A model generated the notes under the pieces. It saw only the letters and a list, made by a program, of their open reading frames with translations. It made no database searches and was not told the origin of the DNA. 64,000 nucleotides of DNA from Phoronis australis (Eukaryota; Animalia; Phoronida): NCBI GenBank assembly GCA_002633005.1, contig NMRA01000433.1:62001-126000 (forward strand), read 5' to 3'. Position numbers and translations under genes: made by a program. Of the stretch, positions 25,192-37,359 are shown in pieces. How positions within the stretch are numbered: position 1 is the first letter of the stretch; each line of letters starts with the position of its first letter.

Positions 25192-26254
25192 CTGAAACAC
25201 AACAGTGAATTCTATTCTGATAATAATAATTCCGGCAGTTAATCGAAAACTCTTTACATTGTTTTTATCTGAGCGGCAATCCTCGTTCAGATTTCCCCTG
25301 CTTGTGCATATTAAATGAGAAAACAACATTCCTCATACCAGATATCAGTTTTTTAGGCATGAGTGGCAAACCATAGCGGGCTGGGGACTATAGCCCCCTC
25401 TCCACTTATTTCAGTACTACACCGCCCACGGTCACATAGACGGCGCACCATTGTCCACTGGGGAGGCCACAGCACCCAACTTATTTCAGAGCTGCGCCAT
25501 GATAGGGCAACCTTTCTAAGGCTCAGTCTCTATCCAGATATTACTCTTAAGGATAATGTGTTCAAGCTAAGCCTTCATATGACTTAGAAGCTGTTTAGTT
25601 CCGTATACAACTCAATCCGTTTACCACAAATTATTCCGGCATTAGCCAGGGGCAGCACTCTGAGAGTTTTCTCAAGTTGTGAAGTTCTTTTTGTGACCAT
25701 TTCATTTATTCAAGGTTAAGTGTGTAGAAACGTATCCACTAAGTCTACACATTTAGCCAAATATCTACAAAGGAGTAAAATTTCTATTATTATTATTTTC
25801 TGAATCAAATTACGTAGAATTTGATTTTTGACTTGATTCAGTTTGGCACTAATTAGGTTACTGGCCTTGCTAATGCATGCATATATACCTATAGAAAAAT
25901 TGACCAAACACAAAGGTACATCCACAGCAAAAACATGACACATGACATGACCTGATTTCGTATGATATAAATGTCCAATATGAAGTCTCAAAACAACATG
26001 ACCCTTGACTTGACCTGATTTCGTATGATATAAATGTCCAATGTAAACTCTGTAACGGTTTCTAAATTAAAGTTTCATTTTCGTAACTATGTAATCTGAA
26101 TTTTTCATCGTGTAAGTTCTGGTGTGCACACACCTCATGCACAATAGTGTTCACGGCCATTTTCAGCCAACAGGCCTTCTCCCCCACATACATGTATACA
26201 AGCCCGGCGTAGTATTAGAGAAACTTTGTGAAAGTAAAACCTGCTTTCACCGCG

Positions 26255-26748
26255 ATAATTCCCCCTACTACTCCGAAAGCACTCTCCTCCGAAAAAATCC
26301 ACTTCTCCGAATTCCCACTGCTTTGAAAAAACTTGAAGAAACCTACGCCTCCTGCAGACGGGAACGCATTCGTTTCCTTTTAGATAATATTAATATGGTA
26401 CACTTTAGTCATGAGAACTCCAAAGACGATACAGAACAAGAGTCGTTAACTACAAAGACAGTAGAAACGACAGAAACATGTCATTGGACTTCACTCTACA
26501 AATTTGTTGTTTGTGTGCGTGGGCATTTTCGTACTTAGTAAAAAATGAATAGCCCATTCGCGAAATTGGGAGAAAATTCAGTAAGGTAGAGAAAAAACTC
26601 AAGAAAGTCAAGAAGGCATTTCAGAATTGGGGGCATTGAAGAAGTGGTCTTTCGGAGCTAGGTACCAGTAAATTTGGTTCCTAGTTCAGAGTCGTGTTTT
26701 TTTCTGAGTAGTGGGCTTTCGGAGTGGTAGACCTTTGGAGCAATAACC
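26255..26748. mobile_element. Degenerate MITE with inverted subterminal TCCGAA repeats
   Basis: Left: repeated actccgaaa/ctccgaa. Right: repeated tttcggag, ending in ggagcaataacc. Confidence 0.5.
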
Positions 26749-29700
26749 TGTTGCCTTTATTAGTAGGGTTTATCTGCACCACCAAAGCGTTGGACTACGA
26801 CCTCAATTTTTTATTTACATTTTGCTTTAGAGTTGAACTCAGGAAATCATTTTTCTCTGATTGTCCTTTTGAGTTAGAGCAATGCAACCGATCATGGCGT
26901 CACATTTTTATTTAATTGTGATTTTTTGTTATCGTCAATAAATTTCCAAATCGATAAAACTATTTAGGTTCTAATAAATGATACATACGTCACTTCTGAA
27001 GTGACACGCGTGGACCGTTCCCCAGCTTTTTTAAGAAGATCCATTTTGGAATCTTTTGATTGCACTCAGTTAATTGTGGTTCAGCGAGTTGTTTGACTTG
27101 CACCCAACGGAAAACTGTATTTGGCAGTAACAAAAACACGAATCACGAACATGGAGAAGCTCTGCTGGCCGGGTGGCTGCTGTCATGCGCACGGGTGTCA
27201 CTGCTTCGTGGCCGTGTTGAGTTCACTGCGCGCGTGCAGCTTACGATGCATTACGTTTAAAAAAATGCCAGCAGCCTGTGACGGAGTAGAGAAGAGGATG
27301 GTAGACGAGCCCGGTCTCCAATCTCCGTACTCAGACTCGAATCATGCTCAAACTCACACTTCACACTCAAATCCAGTACAGACTCAGCTTTGGTGTATTC
27401 AATGTCATACTCGAAAAATCTGTACTCGAAATTTCGAGCACGTACTCAGTTTTCGAGTGTACTCGAACTGAAGTGNCAAAACTGTTGTTTTTACAAATAT
27501 AAGTTTACTAAGCTCTTTGGTGATTATTAGGTAACTTCAAACTCAAATTTCTCAAAAATGTGCAACTTTATATGTGGGAACTTTTTAGATTTTGAACACA
27601 CTCTAATAAATGAACTAAAAAACACCAAAATAAAATTGCCCCCCTAAAGTACTCACAAAAACCATTTTCTAGAGGCCCTACAAAATCTGGCCCACCGACT
27701 AGTATGGAGGCCTCCTCAACTTACAACATTTATAGCCCGGACCTTCCACTTCGTGACCTCTGCAACGTACCGGTACCATGTCCCTTTCGTACGTTAAGAA
27801 ATGCTTGCCCTTTACTTTTACCCGTTTCATGAACGGGGAACGTTGCATTCTTGACATAACGAGCTTCGTTACTACGGTATACTCACTGGTAATCGGTTCA
27901 GCGACTGAACCCTTATCCCCTTCGAGAGCTCACGATGACTGCATTCCTAAGTGCAAAAACTTCCAAGCATACTGAATGAAACTCGGGGAAAGCCAAAATG
28001 GGGTAACTTGTTACGAGTTGCCGTGCACAATGACACATGCTATGTCAAACGTACTGATAAGTACACGTGAACCACGATGAAGAGGAACGATTCGGGCCAT
28101 GAACATCACTTCCGGACTGAAACATGCATTATTAATTACATCCCATGGGAATTTAATTAACTCGATCATTAATTAAGCACAACCAGAAATGTTAATTTAA
28201 CCCAACATTGCAATGGAAACGGCTGCGTTCTATTTTAAAGCATTTAGATAGAAAAACATTTGTCTACAGTCCCGATGGTGGATTATACTGTAGATAAAAT
28301 GACCATGTGTTGTAGATTATTGAAAACGATTACTGCAAAGTATATACTTCCAAAAACATCCCCCCACGTACAACCTAGACTTGCCCGTGGCTATTCTAAA
28401 ATTGCAAAACATAGGAATGGGGAGATAATTTTTATGACGACACTTAAACCTGTATCATCCTGGAAAGATATGGTTGAGGAAAACAAAAGTGCGTGTTTGC
28501 AGCTGCTACTGCAGAACTGGTTACTTGCAGATCAATCAAATTGCTTCCGTTTGAACTTTACCCGTATTTTCTAATTGCCTCCTTTGCTGTTTCGCTTTAG
28601 TGTTCCACAGTGGAAACTGTCATGCACTCATAGCGTTAAGCTACGCTCTTTCACAGGGCTACGAAAGGTAGTTCTACGGAATGTTGTTTAACATGGCTTC
28701 TCATTGGTTAATGCAATGAAACTGACGTCATAATATTGAAACCATTTCCATTGGTTAAAATCTGGTAAGCCCCTTTCACTTTATTGCTACGTAATATGGC
28801 GATAACCTTTGACTTGAATATTTGCAATTTATTAAAACGGACAGTAATCGAAGTAAACAAAATCAAGATATCCCCGATCCAGTGGCTTAAGCACAAACAA
28901 GTACATGTGCGTGCATAGAAGGCGTGTGCAAGTGGTGGAGATGTGATTGCTAAACTTTTGACAAAGGCATGCGCATTGATGCCCACACAAGGAATGCCGT
29001 GATTACACAGGTTCACTTTTCAGTGTAGGTGGCGCTGTGTCAGAGGATGCGCGTAGATCTCACTCATTTAAAAGGTCACTCACAATGCGTCCTTTGTATA
29101 TGCATGTGCCAGTGACGTGTGACCATCACACGTGCTTATATGTAAATCGGTGATGCAACGATTCGTCGACCTGTGGCCTACGTCATCGCAAAAGAAAAAA
29201 ATTGATTCGAAATTGTGACCGTGCTAAATACTTTACGACTTCACGGAAATGAGTTGATGTCTCCTCGGTTGCTTGCAAATTGTCATCTAGTATTTCTAAA
29301 AATTTACTTCAATTCGGCTACACGCAAATCTTCGCCTGATATTTCTAAACGTTTACAGTGACATAAAAATTGTTAACTGAACTGGGCCTCACAAATCTTA
29401 GTCTAGTAGTCCGGCCAATTCTGAAAACATCCTATTCCCAATGGTGATATACATGTACAGGCAAAACTGCAGTTTAAGAATTCATCATCTTCGTTGCAAA
29501 AGAAATCGCACTTCACGTTTTGTGAATCAGGAGTATAGATACCACAACATGCAAATCTAAACAGGGTTGTAATTTGTGAATTATTTGTATTCTGGTAGTA
29601 CCTTTCGATTAACTAATTTATGTTGTTTGTTATAATTTTGATCTCATCGCTGAAAGTTTACACCCTTTGCCACTGTTTAGCAAACTTGAATCGGTAATTG

Positions 29701-30829
29701 ACTTTAAAGAGCCCCGGCTATCCCGAAAGCTGAAACCATGAATTTGCAATTCACGCCACGTCACGAAGAACCTTCGGGAGACTGGATAGGAAGCTACATT
29801 GGCTTTGGTTCGAAGGTATCCTGAATTTTAAAGAAAAAGGCAAACTGCAGCTGCACACAAACTAATACCTTATCAAACTTAAATTAAAGCTTTCTGCTAT
29901 GTTTTTGTTATTTACAAAGTAAAACTGTAACAAAAAGTCTACGAATCGTGCCACGGAAAACTGCAAAACTTCAAGCGTGCTTACCCTAGGTGATAATGTA
30001 ATTTCACGGTGGTGGTTGTGGTGGTGGTAGTAGTAGTGATATGCTTGAATTTATTCATTGGTCTTTCATTGAACAATTTCACGAGTCTAACTTAATTGAA
30101 ATCAACTTCAAGTCCCAGACATGCTTTTTTCAAAGCAATTTTAAACTCACCTTCACTATGAAACACTATTTCACTAACTTTTTATTTGATTTGGACTACT
30201 TACAGTTATGAAATTGATCTCAAATAGTTGCATAGTCAAAACAGGCGTAAATTTTGGGCTTTGACAGTCCCTTAGTGTTTAATACAAGGCTGTGCGAGTC
30301 TATTTGTCCTTTTTATCTTGAGCATGGTCTCGAGGAATAACGAATTGTATTTTCTTTCAAAATGAAAATCAATTTTACACGCGTAAGGCACAAGTTGCGA
30401 CCAATTTTTATCGCGGTAGGTGGTCAAAGTCAAGCTTACGTTTGTTCGACGGAAACAGAATTGACTGCTGCTTCAATGATATCTTCAGCTTTGATGTAAA
30501 AGTTAACTTATGACTATCATCTATTTGCCAAATCTCAAAAAGCAGACAGCATTGGTCTCACAATTTCTGATGGATTAACTCAGCTAGACAATGAGCAGTT
30601 TTCAATACCAATGTAGTATTTGGAAAAATGTTCGAAAATTGGCTTTATGAAACTTCAAAAACAAGTCTTTTTGTTATTAAAATTGGATTACGCACATCGT
30701 ATTTCTTTGGTTTCTTTCAAATTTTGATTCACATCCAAAAGATTAGTCTCCCTTAAAATTTATTACTAACAAAGCGGGCTTTCCAGTGGTTAAAATAGCA
30801 AAGTTTGGCCTACAGTTAATACTACTTAC

Positions 30830-30947
30830 ATTTGAGTATTGGAAACCACGTAGATGACGCAGAAGCCTGGATTAACGACGCAAACACCAGAACGGCTAGA
30901 GAAAAAAAGCCAACAGACATAAGTCTGAATTGCTGGACCTTTTCCAT
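30830..30947 (-). CDS. GHDC: GH3 paralog B, coding exon 1 (hydrophobic signal/anchor)
   Basis: ATG at 30947 gives MEKVQQFRLMSVGFFSLAVLVFASLIQASASSTWFPILK+T|gtaagt. The phase-1 donor joins GC at 25191 (TGC=Cys). Clear homolog of 2691..2811. The six exons sum to 1938 nt = 645 aa plus stop. Confidence 0.9.
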
Positions 30948-31684
30948 TGTGCTTGTCAGTTTAGGACGCGGAAAAGATGTGCGTAGCAATCAATGTGATC
31001 CGTATGAGTGTTCAGCACTACAAAGGTATATTAATGTTATTGTATTAGAATATATAACAAAGTGGTAACCAACTACCAGTCAGTGTATGCAGTAACCTCT
31101 AACGAGCGACACCGATGCTGGCGTGACTGTGTTTAAACGAATCCACGATGTGTAATAACATTTTTCAGCCAATGGAATAACGTCATGCATAATGTCTTGG
31201 TCCAGCCAAAGACATTTCTAAAGTCAAATCTAACGAAGCCTGTCATTGTCTCACGGCGTACAGTGTACAATAGCAGAATAACAAACCTCAGTCAACGTCA
31301 TTTTTGTTTGTAAAATCAAATGAAATTAAAGAAAGCAAGATAGCGAACGGAAAATTAGTGAAATACACGTACATGTACGTACATGTATTGTTGAAAAACG
31401 AGTTGCTGTCCGATATGGCATGTGCAAAGGGAGAGGTCCAAACTAACTCACTTCACGCCTGTGTTTTTATCCGAAGCGTGTGATTGGAGTTTTACACACT
31501 AAATGTTACGAAAACAACTTGGATTTTCAAACTCACAAAAATGTTTGCGGGCCTGTTGCAGTCCTTAGTGTATAAAATCAGAGGATTTTGTTTGTGAAGG
31601 TGCTATGCATTTGTCCGGTGGAAGTGTTCAAGAACCAATACACGAACCAAAAGTTCCACTCATCACCTGTCATTTTAACTTGGT

Positions 31685-32534
31685 AGATTATACAGAATCG
31701 CCCCACAACCCCTCGACCCACGACCTGCGGCAANCCCCATACCCCACAACCCCTCGACCCACGACCTGCAGCAATAGATGCATCACCGCTTTTTACACAT
31801 TTAATAGTCATATTACGTCGCTGAGTGACTTTCCCATAAGACAGTACACGCGAATCTGCTGTGGCTCAAGACTGGTGGTTAAAAACAGACAGTGGTCTTT
31901 AACCCACTTTCTATCTCTTTTAAAAAGAACATGACCTGAAATAGCGGATTGTGGTGCTATCGTTGTTACGGAAATAGTTCCACTAGCGGTTACCAATGGC
32001 CCTGTTCTACTAGACTTGTGGAGAGATTACTTTAACATGAATGCACATAATTTCACAATATTATTTGTCGTTTACTTGTTTACAACATACATCTAACTGT
32101 GAGAATTTTTACTTAACCATTTTTTTCAAACTGTATTTACTGAAAAAATTACGTAATCGTGGCCTTCTCGCACTCTCCCAAAAATACCGTGAATCTACCA
32201 TTCACTGAAGAGCAGACGAGACGATTACACTCTGCCGGAACGAGAAGGTTTGCAACGTTGGTAGGTCTTTGACTTGATTTGGTCGCTTTTTTCTGTTTTT
32301 CGGATTTCAAACTTGCCGAATCAATTTTCTTAATTACAAAAACAGGGAAGCGCCAGCCGAGCTCAAAGCCAGACTCGTTGGTCCTGCAAGTTAGCGCTTG
32401 TTCTATGTTCAGATCGAGTCGAGAATGTGTAGACTGACTTGACCGGGTTGTGGTCCGTGAGTCGAGAGGGTTGTGAGTCGAGGAGGGAGTGGGTCGAGGG
32501 GTTCGTGGGGATCTAGGGGGATTTAGAACAATCT
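31685..32534. mobile_element. ~850-bp non-autonomous TIR element
   Basis: Left agattatacagaatc..ccccacaacccctcgaccca versus right tgggtcgaggggttcgtgggg..gatttagaacaatct (inverted). Single n at 31734 with a local duplication. Confidence 0.6.
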
Positions 32535-33031
32535 GAGTACACAGGCACATTCATGTGCGTTTCCCAAGTGAATGGACGAGAGTGTAAGGCCTCTTAAAAC
32601 GAAGAATGGCGACTGTATTGCCAAAACGATGAAATTAGACCAAATTCGTTATTCTCCCCGAGACCCACCCTTGCTCAAATTTGGAGCGCACTGCCAGATG
32701 ACGATGTTGGTATAATGTCATACGATTCAAGATCAGTCACGTTCTCACGAAGTATTATTCATCTTGTCGGCTTTCTGAAATGTTAATTAAATGGGCGTCT
32801 CAGCATGGGGACTAAGGGGAGGGAGGGGCTGTAGCATTGACTTTTTGAAAACAACTGCTCACGGCAATGGAAGAAATCTTTACTTCACGGCCGGCCACAA
32901 GAAAATCCGTCAAAACTTGGACAATGTTTTCGCGGGTGGCCCATGTGCGATAAGGACTGTTCGAGCACTTCATATCCGAAATCCCATGCCAAAACAGCAT
33001 TTTAAGACTGAACAAAAAACATGCAGTGCAC

Positions 33032-33117
33032 TCACCTAAGCATGGGTGATGCAGCACTGAAATAAGTGGCTATAGAACCCTGCAGCCACCTATGGTGCGC
33101 CACTCATGCTAAGGTGA
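33032..33117. repeat. ~86-bp imperfect hairpin
   Basis: tcacctaagcatgggtgatgc pairs with gcgccactcatgctaaggtga. Inner gtggctatag pairs with ctgcagccac. Confidence 0.7.
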
Positions 33118-33479
33118 TCCAGCCATGAGCGAAGGGGCGTGCATGCACATATCAAGTGAAGCAAGCAGCTGTGTGTTGATCAAGATGTTCTCGCATTAAT
33201 TAATTACCCTGCTGGCTCGTAGAGAGTGGGAAGCAGCAAGACGTTAACCAAAACAGCAGTACCAATTATGAATACTCTCAGTGAGAATTGAGTGAGCTGA
33301 GTACATGTACGAATACGGAAAATCGATATCTCCATGCAAATCCAAGTTCCACAGACAAACAGCTGAGCACAAGTGCGAAAAATCGAGATCTTTCTTCGTG
33401 CAGATACAGGGACACGTACGACATTTGGAAAAGCAGTATGGCAACTGAAAGTAAAAATCACTACCCAGCGAAAACTTTA

Positions 33480-34520
33480 ACAAAGATAAACCAAACCATC
33501 CTGAGGCGTTTCTCTTTTCAAAAAGGTGTATGGTATGGAGTCTCGGTAGTTTCATAGCTCGTGATTTACGTTTTTCATGTGGCTTCATTACGATGAAAAA
33601 ATGACGATGCAGTTTCCATTATTTGCCAAACACGATCTTCACAAGGAAACCTACCGACGGACGGCATACCATCAAGACAGCGGCTTTCCTACAGACATCA
33701 GAGTATGGTGACTGGAAGACAGCCACACGGAAAAGAAATCAACATGAAAGGTTTGAGTTTCATAAACACGTCGCAGCTGAGCATGAGTTCGTACTAACAA
33801 AGACCCAAAAGGATATACACTGTAGCTTTTTTAACGAGTTATGTAATGGGAGCACAAAATTAGGAAATCCGACATCGTCTTATAAAATAGTAGAATTTTT
33901 TCAGTTTTGTACTCCACAGGGAATAGAAGTCAGGGGCGACAGTGACGCGGAATTGAATTTCTTTCGATTGCTACCCCCCCCCCCNGTGCAAAGGATAAAG
34001 CCCAAAATAAAAAGTGAATGACATGGGGTCACATTTTGACTAGTATCTCAGCCATGGTATACAGAACGAAATGTCAGAGTTGATGGAAGCCGGTCAATTC
34101 AAAGTTCTGTGACAGGTATCAATGATCATTTTTATCTCTTATATGTGTCGAATATCCTGACATTAGCAACAAATAACAGTTAAACATTTGCTCACGGTGG
34201 ATAGTCGAGTTTCTCTAAATTCAAGGACACTTTTTTGATTTTAGCCACCTCGTAAAGCACCTTGGCACGAACAGTCTGTTCTGAGACTCACGAACTTAGC
34301 CTCAGACCCCAATCATCAACAAATTGTTTAAATGCGTTACGGAATACAAGATTCGTTACCAGCTTTGAATGGGTGGTCCTTCTTTTATGTTTAAATGCGT
34401 CGATGCAATAAAATAAAGTATGAGGCAAAGAGAGCATGATGTTATTTATTGTTTCTCGTGGTATTCCGCATGCAGTGTGAAAAACACATAGACAAGCAAG
34501 AACAGGCAAATTACTGCTTC
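33480..34520 (+). mobile_element. Decayed hAT transposase (ZMYM1/DUF4371-type)
   Basis: Fragments in expected order, interrupted by stops and frameshifts: GDWKTA..NQHE..FH, FCTPQGIEVRGDSD..NF, GIQNEM, VDGS, QLNICSRWI, FKDTFL. Confidence 0.6.
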
Positions 34521-36339
34521 AAACCCGGGACTAGGAGTTTTGCTACACCTGGTGGCTCTTTCGCCTACACGGAAACTTCCACTCTGTGCCAACTTGTAGA
34601 AAATGTTACACCTGTCCAGTAAATTTTCAATAATCTGAGGATGGTTTATACATCCAAGATGGTGCTGGTCCGTACATAAGTTAATGCACCTTAACCGTTC
34701 TTTAGGTTTACACGTTCTCTGTAAGATTGAATGTGCCGACCAATCAAAATTGACAGTGTCTACTCATAAACTTTCGGAGTCTAGGTCTGTTTGCGAAGAG
34801 TCGGTTTACAGATTATTTTGAGTGAACCGGCACCTGTGAGAAAGCTGTGAAATTTAAAACCTTTTTCAAACGATTTTAAGAACAAAAAAAACAGCACCAA
34901 AATGCTGTTTTGCGATAACTGCAAATCTGGAGTGGTGAAAAGGCAGTTTCCAGACAGGAGAAATTTGGTTCTCATAAGAGGGGAGAATCAATCGACTTGC
35001 CTCATTGATGGCGAGATCCGCGTCGGTATCAATATTTTTATAGACCAACATTTTCTTTATTCACTATTATTAATTTATTTGGGATTCTCTGGATGTTGCA
35101 CAACTTATTCTATTGGATTCGTAATCGGACAATCCCAGAAATCTACGGCAATCAGAATGTTCAGTTCATATATGAATTGTTTTGTATCTCCTAATGCAGT
35201 TATACATGGGTAAAATACACTTTCAGAAGCCTGAACAGAAAACTTACTGGTTACTTACTTTATGGTTCTGTTGTTTCGTAGCCAATAGAGTGAGTTCGGC
35301 ATCTAAAAGCAGGTCGAGGTTCCGGTTGACAATGGCGACAACTCTGACGTTTTGAGTTGGCAAGGTACACTCGGAGATGACTTTCAGTTTATTTTTATTG
35401 TTATAAAACAATTACATAATTTGACAAAAAATCCTTTGTAATGAAGTGAATGTCTACCAGCACAGCAACAGTCCTTGGGAGAGACCCCCCCCATTGTTTT
35501 TGCTCAAAATAGCTATTACCATACCATACACCTGCATTTTCTTAGAAAATTGATTCACGAACAAAGTAAGTAAACTTTTATACGTCTTTTCGTAATAACT
35601 AGGGTAAATGTTGCATTTTTGATAGAATAATAACTAGTGAACATATTGACATAACCATTTTGTCGCAATAAACACATATTGTCAATTTAACTTGCATGTA
35701 CACGTACCTGCTGTCCCACAAAAAGTGCTGTAGAGTTTTTATAATATAATAACTCATTTTTCATGTGTGATTGGCGAATGGTTGTGAACGAAACAATATA
35801 GATGCTTGAAGATGAAGGTAACTTCCAGAGGGCTGATATTTTCTTAGAACCACCCTCGGGCAAAGTCACTGATGAGGACGGTAGAGACAAAAACTTCACA
35901 GTGAATGACAAATATGCATGAGATCCTTTGCGTGGAAACATGAACTGTATTACTGAAACGTGTACCGACTTGTTTAACATTCGATTGTATTGAATGGACC
36001 ATTGCATGACAACCTGCAGCTCTTAAAAAGACACATTTCCCATAGCTACCAGATTGAAATGATCTATACACATCAAAAACACCAGAAAAAATCCCGTCAG
36101 AAACAAAAAAGTGATGACCAATACAAGTAATGATAACATTCATCATGTTTGACGAAATTTCTCCAAGTATGTTGCTTTGTCAAAAAATGTTTTGTTTTTT
36201 ATTGGTTTCTTTGCCTACACGCTACAGATCGCAATTTTCTGTGACAAAAGAGCATACACAGTATACAGTATATCGATAATTAAATCAAAATCAATATTGT
36301 AACTTATAAACAGCTGTTCTACTTCTTCCTTTAAAGGCT

Positions 36340-36620
36340 GGGACAATGGGTTTGCGGCACTTCATTTTTGCAGTAGACAAATTTTTTCCATGTAACTTTA
36401 GTGAACGAGAAGAGATGTAATCCAGAATGGCAAACCAACATGCGGTAGTGAGTGATCCTACCACGATTAAAAACGTTGCACGTTTTGTCAGTTCTGCTCC
36501 TGTTCACAAAGTCGTAAGAATCAATCCCTCTATATCCCACTGCTACAGTATACTCTTGAGTGCAGTCTCTAATGCCTCTGCTCGGTCTTCTACGTATATG
36601 CCTATGTGTTACATGTGTGT
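36340..36620 (-). mobile_element. Possible decayed hAT (Ac-like) transposase fragment
   Basis: One frame reads AEALETALKSIL*QWDIEG...TACWFAILD...KCRKPIV, resembling L..W.I...C.AH.L...CR. The resemblance is weak. Confidence 0.3.
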
Positions 36621-37090
36621 ATAAAAAAATGAAAATGGTTTTACTTATTTGGAGTAGCGCCGATGAGCAATGTACATTTATCAGACCAGCTGCACTATTT
36701 TTTACAATCAGAAAGAGAAATTCGTAGATGGCTTCGTGTTGGAGGCATGTTTGGCCAAACTTGCCCATTTCCGCCTATTTCATCAAGATGTTAAGACGGG
36801 TTTGCATGATTTGAGAGTGAGTTTGGTGCGACAAGGTCTCCATCAAACACAAGAGAAATAGACATATTTTCATGAAGCAGACAGTGCTGGAATTTCTGCA
36901 ACACACATAACTATAATATATTTAATTAAAATTTTACTTCAACCAAAGGTGGTTGAAAAAATCAAACACGATACCGTAACCAAACAGTACACTACTCACG
37001 TCTCAGTCCCATACACTCAAGACACTCTTGATGCAGTTATGGTGAGAAATCTACCATCATGGAACAGAAACAGCAAACTCTATCCCATAA

Positions 37091-37359
37091 CATGCGCGCA
37101 CCCAGCCTAAATTATAGGGGGGCTTGAATTTTTCGGTATGCGGACCTTTTACTGAAAGAAGTGAACGAGAACAAAAAAATCATCCGGTGCCACTAGGTTC
37201 AGGGCCACGAATTGTGCATCCGCGCCTACTTCCCGTGGATTTAGTGGACTTTGGTCTCGTTTACTCGAACTTTTTGTTTCACTGAGGCGGACCTTTTTGC
37301 TTAATTCGACAAATTAGGGGTCGCTCGAGTCCCCCGACCCCCCTTTGGGTGCGCCCATG
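37091..37359. mobile_element. MITE with CATGCGCGCACCCA / TGGGTGCGCCCATG TIRs
   Basis: Inverted termini, G-run left and C-run right, CATAA on both flanks. Related to 4822..5080. Confidence 0.7.
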
